Shown here one piece after another: positions 1-10,742 of a DNA stretch of 64,000 nucleotides. The position numbers and the translations under genes are program-made. Position 1 is the first letter of the stretch. Each line of letters starts with the position of its first letter. Below the pieces are notes generated by a model that saw nothing but the letters and a program-made list of their open reading frames with translations, did no database searches and was not told the DNA's origin. The DNA is from Macrostomum hystrix (taxonomy: Eukaryota > Animalia > Platyhelminthes), in contig CATNEN010000007.1 in assembly GCA_950097015.1 (NCBI GenBank), forward strand, positions 7,750,001-7,814,000, in the 5' to 3' direction.

Positions 1-2177
1 TCCATATTTAACTTTTCTACATGGGATTTATTGTTTTTATTTTAAAGTTGCTTATATTGTGAATATGCTTATAAATCATGGCTTGCATGATTGTTATTTG
101 TAATAATAATATATAATACTTTATATATGCTAAATGAAGTTACTATGCTATGAACATTTCATTATATCAAAATAACTGCTACACAAATATGAATTCTCTA
201 GTTCACACTTGCTTATTTGTTTTCCTTTCACTTTAGCTGTCATTCCAGTTTTTACTTAATTATGAAGATTTTTAATAACTTTTTTGTTTTGTGTCTTACC
301 TATTGTTTCTGTTTGAATAGGTTTTCTATTAGCCTTTGTTTTTCTGTCCTAAGTATACTAACAACTTGTAGGCACTTCTGTGATACTTGCCTCAGTATGG
401 GTTTCAATCTTAGATGACATATTATGAATTATGTTTGTTCCTATTCATGAAACACAGAAGTGGATAAAAGCAAATATTAAGATATGAGAATACAAAAGGC
501 TGTTTTGTGGTAGATAGCTATAAATAACATAGCTAGTAAAAAAGTTTACCATCATAATGTAATGCCAATAGATTTGTTGAATATTATACACATAAATGCA
601 TATAATAGGCCTAGCATGGAATTAGCCATCTAATTGAAGCAAGCTGCTATGCATATAAGCTGTTCAATAAATGGCAGAGAATTATGTAGATGATTGCTGG
701 CATATGACTATCGCCTATCAGGACAAGCAGTTGCTACTGCTACTGTCAATAAACAGTAATTAGGCTAGTGTTGTTGGACCAAGACTGCTGCAGCTGGGGT
801 ACTTATAAAAACACATATGCCTAAATTTAAAAGCTCCAGGTAAGGAACAAAATAGGTAGGTGTACAATGAGTTGACGACTAGGCCCAGACAAGATAGCAG
901 GTAAAGTTTTAAGTTGATTAGAAAACCTGAAGTATTCAATAGTTCTTGTTGTAGGCCTCAATGGGGGATGACATTGTACATTTGTTAACTTGTTAATAAA
1001 CATGAAATTTGACGTCATATTGATATACGATAAAGGCTTACACCTTTTCGTCCCCCGCTAAAAGGCTGCAGTAATCTGATCATATATGACCAAATTTCGT
1101 TCTTAATAGCTTGTAACTTTATTTATGGGTAAATAGGCTCCAAAAAGTGGTTATGAGAAGAAGCACAACGCAGAGACTAAAATTTTCTATAAGATTTGTA
1201 AAACTTTTATATTAGTTTAGTTTGGTTAGTTGTTTTGCGCGCATTATTTCTATCCGATAAGAACAAATAAAAAAAAATTTATTGTAGAGACAACAATGCT
1301 ATTAGTTAAAATTATCGAATGAAATTATTTACAAGTTCAGAAGATAAAAAATTCTAGTTTAGCACTTTTTAAACTTTTTGATTTTTCGTTGTATTCAGAC
1401 ATTCAATAATTAGAAAAGTGGAATTCGGTACCGCGGCAAAACCGTGGATTGTTCGTCGTAGTTCCACGAGTTTTCCCTAACTTCAGACTAAAAAATGATA
1501 AAAAATCTGCTTCTTGTTCCTTGTTCATGCAGGCAAGTAAAATTGCTACCAAAAACAAAGTTTAGTTTAGTTTACACCTCTTTAAGTAATATACAAACAA
1601 GGTACAATTATCGAATTCAATGGACTATATCTCTGTCTTCTGATTAGTAAGTATAAAACACAGTAGCCATGCAGTACATTGTTTCCATATATGAATCAAA
1701 ACATCTTTATAGTTTGTGTAGGTATTGGAAGAAACTATAGCGCAATAATTTATAGCGCAATAATGATTTACATATTAATTATTGTTATATATTGAGCTCC
1801 AATAAAAATGCCATGAAGAAAAGTTTACTAGACAAAAATATAAAATATTTATATATTTTAAAGTTGCTATTAGTTAATCCAATTGAATGGTTTTAGTCCC
1901 TAATGGTATCAGTTTTTATAATAAATTTTGTATTGCTTTATTCCACCAGCATTTTTAAAACATTTACTATATATAATAAGTATTTTAATAAACATCGTTT
2001 ATCAAAATGAAATGAAAAAAAGTTAGCTCTAACAATCATAAAGTGCTCAGAATCTTAGAAAACAACAGCAGCTTTTCTATAATAGCCTGATATTTAACTT
2101 TTGTCTCTATGGTCAGCAATCAAATTATGTAATTAATTTATATAATCTGAATAATGCATTATCCTTAGGTGTCCAGC

Positions 2178-2963
2178 ATGGCTAATAAAGGCCCCACATG
2201 CTCCAGTCAGAGTCAAGTGTCTGGACAAGCTCAGGACAGCCTGCCGAGACTAGAAGTGTTTGGCAATTGCAAAGTGTTGGTGGGTCAGACAGCATCTCAA
2301 ACACAATCTACACTTGATGATCCTTCCAATGCTCTATCGGCATCAGAGCAACAGCAAATGGTAGGCCTAGGATTGCCTAACCTGGAAATATTTAATAATA
2401 GAGTCTATCAACAAATGCAACAGCAGCCATACCGAGTTGTGCAGCAGCATCAGGTGCAGCAGTACTCACAGGAGCAGCAGCAGTACTTGCAGAATCAACA
2501 GCAGCAGTACTCACAGGTTCAGCCACAGCATTGCTCGCAGGTGCAGCAATTCTCCCAGATGGCGCAACAGCAAAACTGGCAGGATCAGCAAGGGCAACAG
2601 CAACTCTCACAATTGCCGATGGCGCAGACATTTTCACAAGTGAATACGAATGTGCTGGAGCCTAAGAACTTGCAGTTGCAGGAAAACCAGTATTTCGAGC
2701 AACATGAGCCACAAATTTTACTGCAGCTGCAGTACTCACATGAGCAGTATCAGCTGCAGGGTCAGCACCCTAGCGCCATGGTGATAAACATAGCCTATGT
2801 AATTGCTGAGACGGGCATTTCTGCTGCTGAATTCACTGCAGATCTTGGTATATCGGGTATTGAAACTCGGGATGGAATCGAAAGCACACAGTTAAATTGT
2901 GAGTCCATCAAAAATCATTGCCTTAATTTTTTAATTTCCGAGTTAGAAACCAATATGCGTTAA
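2178..2963 (+). CDS. Gln-rich low-complexity protein exon, unknown product
   Basis: 264-codon open frame with a Q-rich core in an otherwise stop-rich AT region. Preceded by an acceptor-like ccttag at 2163-2168; first ATG at 2178. No recognisable domain, and the exon end is uncertain (possible donor near 2780). Confidence 0.35.
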   Translation: MANKGPTCSSQSQVSGQAQDSLPRLEVFGNCKVLVGQTASQTQSTLDDPSNALSASEQQQMVGLGLPNLEIFNNRVYQQMQQQPYRVVQQHQVQQYSQEQQQYLQNQQQQYSQVQPQHCSQVQQFSQMAQQQNWQDQQGQQQLSQLPMAQTFSQVNTNVLEPKNLQLQENQYFEQHEPQILLQLQYSHEQYQLQGQHPSAMVINIAYVIAETGISAAEFTADLGISGIETRDGIESTQLNCESIKNHCLNFLISELETNMR

Positions 2964-3726
2964 GTTAATTGAAGTTAAGTTAACTTAATTAAGTAAGTTA
3001 AGTTAACTTTACTTAAGTTAATTAAGTAAAGTTAATTGTACATCCATCAAATTTTATTCCAGTGACTGCCCCCGGACCTCCTGATGTGTGAAGAGATGCG
3101 AGATCTGCTGTCCAACCGAGCTGATCAGCTTCGAGCGCTTTAATTGTTAAGACTATGGCTAACTATTTATTAATACTTGTATCACTGCCGATTTGATCCA
3201 TGTATCATTGTACTCAGAATTAGAAAGATGAGATTGTACTCAGATATACGAGCTAGGTGGATTGAGTTGGTCGAGCCTGGACAGGCAGCGAAAACGACGT
3301 CACATAGAGATCAATGCTCATCTGACTACAAGCTCAAGAATCTTGAAGCCCTGTACAATAAAATGCAGTCTTGAATCCTCAACACGCATCCTCAATCTTA
3401 AACCTAGTGTCGCAGGTCTTGTTCTCTGTGTATTCTGAGGAGGAAGCAGTATAGCACTAACCCGTATTATTTACAGTCTGCAGCAAAACTGTAATCGCCC
3501 GTTGAGCTTCTAACCTTACTGTAGATACTAAGTACTTTAAAATACAAAGTGCATACTCTCTTTTCGTTACATTCATTAATGCTATATAATTTCGGTGTCC
3601 CTTTGCTACTCTTCTATCGTAATAATGCTGTAACAGCGACTTTAGGGGGTAAATCTTTTTATGACTCACCTCCCTCCCTTTTTGGTGATTTATAGATTTT
3701 GCAACCTGTCAAGTTTTTTTTTGGCT

Positions 3727-4157
3727 GTAAATCATAATTTACCCTAGACGCGCGCCCACCCCATTCCCGCCCAACCAATCACGGCACGGCGACCCGAAAC
3801 CACGTGATTCGGCTGTCTGCATGGTGAACATGCCAAGGTCGGGCAGATCATGCGATCACGGCGTGCATGCGTGACTCTGGCTCTATAAAAAGGAAACTGT
3901 GCGGTGCCTCTTCCATTCCCTTCCTGTCTGCCGACCCGGCATTCCCGTCTGTTCTTCGGATCGGGCTTTCCCACATTTGGTCTACGGAATTTTCCGGTAC
4001 CTTCTTAATCCGTTTTTGGTTACAAACATCTTTGTTCCCTTCCTGTGTTACTGTGCACACGTTTGAGACTACCTCAACCGGCCGCGCGACACCAGAGTCA
4101 GGCGTAACACCACCCGACCTGCTTGTTGCGGGACACCTTATGTCGGTTTGTTAAACA
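3727..4157 (+). promoter_or_regulatory. GC-richer island with CCAAT (~3775) and TATAAAA (~3884) followed by a pyrimidine tract; promoter-like or LTR-like
   Basis: Motifs read directly. TG...CA ends can be drawn but no target-site duplication was found. Confidence 0.25.
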
Positions 4158-4415
4158 TTTGACTGTTTCTGGTCTCTTGTGTAGTGGGTTGAGTGCCTTG
4201 CGTGCCGCCAACTCATTTCATTTACGAATTTTATTTTAAACAAATAATTACTTGAAATTCAATAAGGGTAATTATAATCCAAACTCCAATGAATCAAACT
4301 GAATATTTTCTAGTCCGATATTTTTACTTCTTTATTTGCGAATGGCGAAGAGTAAGTTCGTGCGCAGCGGTGCTACAGAACTAATAATGAGATGAGGCTA
4401 TGTATGACCCAACCA

Positions 4416-6219
4416 TCTATATATATAAAAGTGAAAACTCTGTCTGTCTGTCTGTCTGTCTGTGTGCAACCTTTTGTCTTTATAGACGCCGAAACCGCTC
4501 AACCAAATCGCACCAAACTTTGCACATACCTAAAACCACCTACGCTGAGTGCAATAGGCTACTCAAATTCCCGAAAAATCATTTCCTTCCTGCTCAAAAG
4601 TGCAAAAAACTGCTCAAAAATCGTCAAAAAATCACTCAATTCGACATATCGTCGCCCCACTTTGTCAGATTTTCTCCAAATTTGATCCACTTACACTTTA
4701 CATGTTTTCCAACAATGCTGTCAATTTTGAACATCTCTACTCAATCCAGAGCAAAGCTGCATCATCTCAAAGTGAGTCACTTTTTGTTTTCCGAGGACAG
4801 CCACCCCAACTCCCCTCCGCCACTCTGCGGGCCAAATTTTATTACAGCCACCCCCTCCCTTCCCCGGGCGCCGAAGCCCCAGACTGTACATTGTATTTCA
4901 AGCCGTGAATGTACACAGCCCAAACCCCTAGATTGTCTACTGGCCCCCAAGCAGCACTGAGACTGAGTGCGGTGAGTGCGGTGGCGTCCCAGTGCGCAGG
5001 GCTCTCCGGTCGATATTTCTCTCCAGCCAGCCTGGGATAGAAGAAAGAGAGAGGCTGGCGTTGACTGGCTGTCAGAGAGGGCAGTTCTGTGTCCTAGAAA
5101 TGATGCCGCCAACGAAATTAACTACTAACTGCTTCAGGAGTTGCCAGGTGCAGTTTTCACCTACAAGTCAATTGATACAACGTTGACTGATGACACCGCT
5201 GTGGAGTATCCTGTTGAGTTTCTGAACTCTCTAGATCCTCCTGGAACTCCATCGCACAACTTGCAGCTGAAAGTTGGGGCACCAATTATGCTCCTCCGCA
5301 ACCTGAATGCGCCAAGGCTGTGTAACGGCACCAGACTGATAGTCAGGCGGCTCTTCCCACACGTGATTAAGGCCACAATAATGACTGGATCTGGCAGAGG
5401 AGAGTCTGTGTTCGTTCCCCGGATTCCAATTATCCCCACGGACCTGCCATTTCAGTTCAAGCGACTGCAGTTCCTTCCCTGTGAGAGTGTGCTTTGCGAT
5501 GACTATTAACAAGGCTCAGGGACAGTCACTGAAGGTGGCTGGCATCAACCTGGAGACTCCTTGCTTCTCGCATGGGCAGCTTTATGTCGCCTGCTCCCGA
5601 CATAATTTTGTTTCTTTGACATTGTTATTGTTATGCCATGGCTATTTTCCTTATGTATACGCGTGTACATGCATACTGTATACAGAGGCAGATTTAGGGG
5701 GGGGGGCGGGGGGCAGTTGCCCCCCTAAATTTTAATCATGGGAATAAGATGCCCCCACCAAGGGTGCCAGTCGCAGCACTGGCGCAGCACAGTCACAGCA
5801 CTGGCGCCCCTTTTCGGCCGCTGGCACCCCTTTTTCAGCCGCTGGCTCCCGTTTTTCAGCCGCTGGCGCCCTTTCTTGGCTCCTGGGGCCCTTTTTCGGC
5901 CGCTGGCACCCCCTCTGTGATTCTCATGGCGCTCCCCTGACAGACCGCCCCAAAACAAAATTCCTGGATCTGCCACTGACTGTATAGAGGAGTGGCTAAG
6001 AGACATGTTTCTAAAGAAGTAATCAAGAGGGGGCTGTTTGGACAAACTTTTCACTTATTTTTTACTTAAAACGCCCTTAAACAAACTCTTCACTTTTCAT
6101 TATTGCAGTAAATAAATAAATGGTGACCTTCACTATAAAGTTAATACAGAGACGTGAATTGCTTACTGCATGCTTTGCTTTAAATTTCTGCCCCAAAAAC
6201 AACGGGCAAAAAAAGCTAG
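4416..6219 (+). mobile_element. Non-autonomous Helitron copy 1 (two internal deletions; only a frameshifted C-terminal Pif1-helicase fragment remains)
   Basis: 5' TCTATATATATAAAAG preceded by A, (CTGT)n tract, 3' subterminal hairpin tgccc-caaaaacaac-gggca and terminal CTAG. Helicase motifs [18 protein letters not shown] and [12 protein letters not shown]. Confidence 0.92.
5683..5978. mobile_element. hAT-type MITE nested in the Helitron 3' region (copy in Helitron 1)
   Basis: Imperfect TIRs CAGAGGCAGATT / GGATCTGCCACTG; exact 8-bp TSD ACTGTATA on both sides; internal ~19-bp TTTTCAGCCGCTGGCGCCC repeats. Confidence 0.85.
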
Positions 6220-6787
6220 TCTATATATATAAAAGTGAAAACTCTGTCTGTCTGTGTGTGTGTGTGTGTGTGTGTGTGCAACCTTTTGTCTTTATAGACG
6301 CCGAAACCGCTCAACCAAATCGCACCAAACTTTGCACATACCTAAAACCACCTACGCTGAGTGCAATAGGCTACTCAAATTCCCGAAAAATCATTTCCTT
6401 CCTGCTCAAAAGTGCAAAAAACTGCTCAAAAATCGTCAAAAAATCACTCAATTTGACATATCGTCGCCCCACTTTGTCAGATTTTCTCCAAATTTGATCC
6501 ACTTACACTTTACATGTTTTCCAACAATGCTGTCAATTTTGAACATCTCTACTCAATCCAGAGCAAAGCTGCATCATCTCAAAGTGAGTCACTTTTTGTT
6601 TTCCGAGGACAGCCACCCCAACTCCCCTCCGCCACTCTGCGGGCCAAATTTTATTACAGCCACCCCCTCCCTTCCCCGGGCGCCGAAGCCCCAGACTGTA
6701 CATTGTATTTCAAGCCGTGAATGTACACAGCCCAAACCCCTAGATTGTCTACTGGCCCCCAAGCAGCACTGAGACTGAGTGCGGTGA

Positions 6788-7828
6788 GTGCGGTGGCGTC
6801 CCAGTGCGCAGGGCGATATTTCTCTCCAGCCAGCCTGGGATAGAAGAAAGAGAGAGGCTGGCGATCAACTGATGGGTGGTGTCACTCTGCTGCTGTCTGG
6901 AGACTTTAGACAGACGCTGCCTGTGATTCCGCGTGGCACTCCTGCTGATGAGATTAATGCTTGCCTAAAATCATCTCACCTGTGGCCATCGGTTGTGAAG
7001 TTGCACCTACGAACAAACATGAGAGCTACAATTCAAGGAGACGAAACAGCTCATGAGTTCTCTGCCAATCTATTGCGAATCGGCAATGGTCTGCTGGAGA
7101 TTAGCACCGAGGATGGGCAGTCATCGATCGCTACAATCGGAACCATTGTGCAGTCAGTGCAGGAGCTCAAGGCAAAAGTTTACCCGAACCTGATGGTTCG
7201 ATATGCTGACGTTGACTGGCTGTCAGAGAGGGCAATTCTGTGTCCTAGAAATGATGCCGCCAACGAAATTAACTACCAACTGCTTCAGGAGTTGCCAGGT
7301 GCAGTTTTCACCTACAAGTCAATTGATACAACGTTGACTGATGACACCGCTGTGGAGTATCCTGTTGAGTTTCTGAACTCTCTAGATCCTCCTGGAACTC
7401 CATCGCACAACTTGCAGCTGAAAGTTGGGGCACCAATTATGCTCCTCCGCAACCTGAATGCGCCAAGGCTGTGTAACGGCACCAGACTGATAGTCAGGCG
7501 GCTCTTCCCACACGTGATTGAGGCCACGATAATGACTGGATCTGGCAGAGGAGAGTCTGTGTTCGTTCCCCGGATTCCAATTATCCCCACGGACCTGCCA
7601 TTTCAGTTCAAGCGACTGCAGTTCCCTGTGAGAGTGTGCTTTGCGATGACTATTAACAAGGCTCAGGGACAGTCGCTGAAGGTAGCTGGCATCAACCTGG
7701 AGACTCCTTGCTTCTCGCATGGGCAGCTTTATGTCGCCTGCTCCCGTGTTGGAACTCCAGCTGGCCTATTCATTTTCGCACCAAGGGGAAGAACGAAGAA
7801 TGTGGTGTATCCCCAGGCCTTGAGGTGA
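6788..7828 (+). pseudogene. Helitron RepHel C-terminal Pif1/SF1B helicase fragment (lacks Walker A/B)
   Basis: [55 protein letters not shown]. Confidence 0.88.
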
Positions 7829-7980
7829 CTCGCAAGCAATTAATAGAAAAGTAGTCACGAATTGACCTTGACCTGTCTAACTCTGAACTCTGAAACAGTT
7901 TAATTTTGTTTCTTTGACATTGTTATTGTTATGCCATGGCTATTTTCCTTATGTATACGCGTGTACATGCATACTGTATA

Positions 7981-8253
7981 CAGAGGCAGATTTAGGGGGG
8001 GGCGGGGGGGCAGTCGCCCCCATAAATTTTAATCATGGGAATAAGATGCCCCCACCAGGGGCGCCAGTCGCAGCACTGGCGCCCCTTTTCGGCCGCTGGC
8101 GCCCCTTTTTCAGCCGCTGGCTCCCGTTTTTCAGCCGCTGGCGCCCTTTCTTGGCTCCTGGCGCCCTTTTTCGGCCGCTGGCACCCACTCTGTGATTCTC
8201 ATGGCGCTCCCCTGACAGACCGCCCCAAAACAAAATTCCTGGATCTGCCACTG
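7981..8253. mobile_element. hAT-type MITE nested in Helitron 2
   Basis: Same TIRs and ACTGTATA TSD. Confidence 0.85.
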
Positions 8254-9038
8254 ACTGTATAGAGGAGTGGCTAAGAGACATGTTTCTAAAGAAGTAATCA
8301 AGAGGGGGCTGTTTGGACAAACTTTTCACTTATTTTTTACTTAAAACGCCCTTAAACAAACTCTTCACTTTTCATTAATGCAGTAAATGAATATATGGTG
8401 ACCTTCACTATAAAGTTAATACAGAGACGTGAATTGCTTACTGCTTTGCTTTAAATTTCTGCCCCAGAAACAACGGGCAAAAAAAGCTAGTCTATATATA
8501 TAAAAGTGAAAACTCTGTCTGTGTGTGTGCAACCTTTTGTCTTTATAGACGCCGAAACCGCTCAACCAAATCGCACCAAACTTTGCACATACCTAAAACC
8601 ACCTACGCTGAGTGCAATAGGCTACTCAAATTCCCGAAAAATCATTTCCTTCCTGCTCAAAAGTGCAAAAAACTGCTCAAAAATCGTCAAAAAATCACTC
8701 AATTTGACATATCGTCGCCCCACTTTGTCAGATTTTCTCCAAATTTGATCCACTTACACTTTACATGTTTTCCAACAATGCTGTCAATTTTGAACATCTC
8801 TACTCAATCCAGAGCAAAGCTGCATCATCTCAAAGTGAGTCACTTTTTGTTTTCCGAGGACAGCCACCCCAACTCCCCTCCGCCACTCTGCGGGCCAAAT
8901 TTTATTACAGCCACCCCCTCCCTTCCCCGGGCGCCGAAGCCCCAGACTGTACATTGTATTTCAAGCCGTGAATGTACACAGCCCAAACCCCTAGATTGTC
9001 TACTGGCCCCCAAGCAGCACTGAGACTGAGTGCGGTGA

Positions 9039-10079
9039 GTGCGGTGGCGTCCCAGTGCGCAGGGCGATATTTCTCTCCAGCCAGCCTGGGATAGAAGAAA
9101 GAGAGAGGCTGGCGATCAACTGATGGGTGGTGTCACTCTGCTGCTGTCTGGAGACTTTAGACAGACGCTGCCTGTGATTCCGCGTGGCACTCCTGCTGAT
9201 GAGATTAATGCTTGCCTAAAATCATCTCACCTGTGGCCATCGGTTGTGAAGTTGCACCTACGAACAAACATGAGAGCTACAATTCAAGGAGACGAAACAG
9301 CTCATGAGTTCTCTGCCAATCTATTGCGAATCGGCAATGGTCTGCTGGAGATTAGCACCGAGGATGGGCAGTCATCGATCGCTACAATCGGAACCATTGT
9401 GCAGTCAGTGCAGGAGCTCAAGGCAAAAGTTTACCCGAACCTGATGGTTCGATATGCTGACGTTGACTGGCTGTCAGAGAGGGCAATTCTGTGTCCTAGA
9501 AATGATGCCGCCAACGAAATTAACTACCAACTGCTTCAGGAGTTGCCAGGTGCAGTTTTCACCTACAAGTCAATTGATACAACGTTGACTGATGACACCG
9601 CTGTGGAGTATCCTGTTGAGTTTCTGAACTCTCTAGATCCTCCTGGAACTCCATCGCACAACTTGCAGCTGAAAGTTGGGGCACCAATTATGCTCCTCCG
9701 CAACCTGAATGCGCCAAGGCTGTGTAACGGCACCAGACTGATAGTCAGGCGGCTCTTCCCACACGTGATTGAGGCCACGATAATGACTGGATCTGGCAGA
9801 GGAGAGTCTGTGTTCGTTCCCCGGATTCCAATTATCCCCACGGACCTGCCATTTCAGTTCAAGCGACTGCAGTTCCCTGTGAGAGTGTGCTTTGCGATGA
9901 CTATTAACAAGGCTCAGGGACAGTCGCTGAAGGTAGCTGGCATCAACCTGGAGACTCCTTGCTTCTCGCATGGGCAGCTTTATGTCGCCTGCTCCCGTGT
10001 TGGAACTCCAGCTGGCCTATTCATTTTCGCACCAAGGGGAAGAACGAAGAATGTGGTGTATCCCCAGGCCTTGAGGTGA
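9039..10079 (+). pseudogene. Helitron helicase fragment, copy 3
   Basis: Identical translation to 6788..7828. Confidence 0.88.
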
Positions 10080-10231
10080 CTCGCAAGCAATTAATAGAAA
10101 AGTAGTCACGAATTGACCTTGACCTGTCTAACTCTGAACTCTGAAACAGTTTAATTTTGTTTCTTTGACATTGTTATTGTTATGCCATGGCTATTTTCCT
10201 TATGTATACGCGTGTACATGCATACTGTATA

Positions 10232-10505
10232 CAGAGGCAGATTTAGGGGGGGGGCGGGGGGGCAGTCGCCCCCATAAATTTTAATCATGGGAATAAGATG
10301 CCCCCACCAGGGGCGCCAGTCGCAGCACTGGCGCCCCTTTTCGGCCGCTGGCGCCCCTTTTTCAGCCGCTGGCTCCCGTTTTTCAGCCGCTGGCGCCCTT
10401 TCTTGGCTCCTGGCGCCCTTTTTCGGCCGCTGGCACCCACTCTGTGATTCTCATGGCGCTCCCCTGACAGACCGCCCCAAAACAAAATTCCTGGATCTGC
10501 CACTG
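10232..10505. mobile_element. hAT-type MITE nested in Helitron 3
   Basis: Same TIRs and ACTGTATA TSD. Confidence 0.85.
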
Positions 10506-10742
10506 ACTGTATAGAGGAGTGGCTAAGAGACATGTTTCTAAAGAAGTAATCAAGAGGGGGCTGTTTGGACAAACTTTTCACTTATTTTTTACTTAAAACG
10601 CCCTTAAACAAACTCTTCACTTTTCATTAATGCAGTAAATGAATATATGGTGACCTTCACTATAAAGTTAATACAGAGACGTGAATTGCTTACTGCTTTG
10701 CTTTAAATTTCTGCCCCAGAAACAACGGGCAAAAAAAGCTAG

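Larger units (their letters stand above)
6220..8490 (+). mobile_element. Non-autonomous Helitron copy 2 (2271 bp)
   Basis: TC start fused directly to the CTAG of copy 1; same hairpin and CTAG end; carries the C-terminal half of the Pif1-like helicase. Confidence 0.93.
8491..10742 (+). mobile_element. Non-autonomous Helitron copy 3 (2252 bp), near-identical to copy 2
   Basis: CTAG|TC junctions at both ends; helicase ORF translation identical to that of copy 2. Confidence 0.93.

Noticed and set aside
4392-4960. Repeated 166-186 aa ORFs in the Helitron 5' region as a captured gene
   Set aside because: They start in a variable microsatellite, show no domain, and overlap ORFs in other frames; repetition only reflects element copies.
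6788-7828. Host PIF1 gene
   Set aside because: It is bounded by Helitron termini, lacks Walker A/B, and has the Helitron-type C-terminus TKNVVY.
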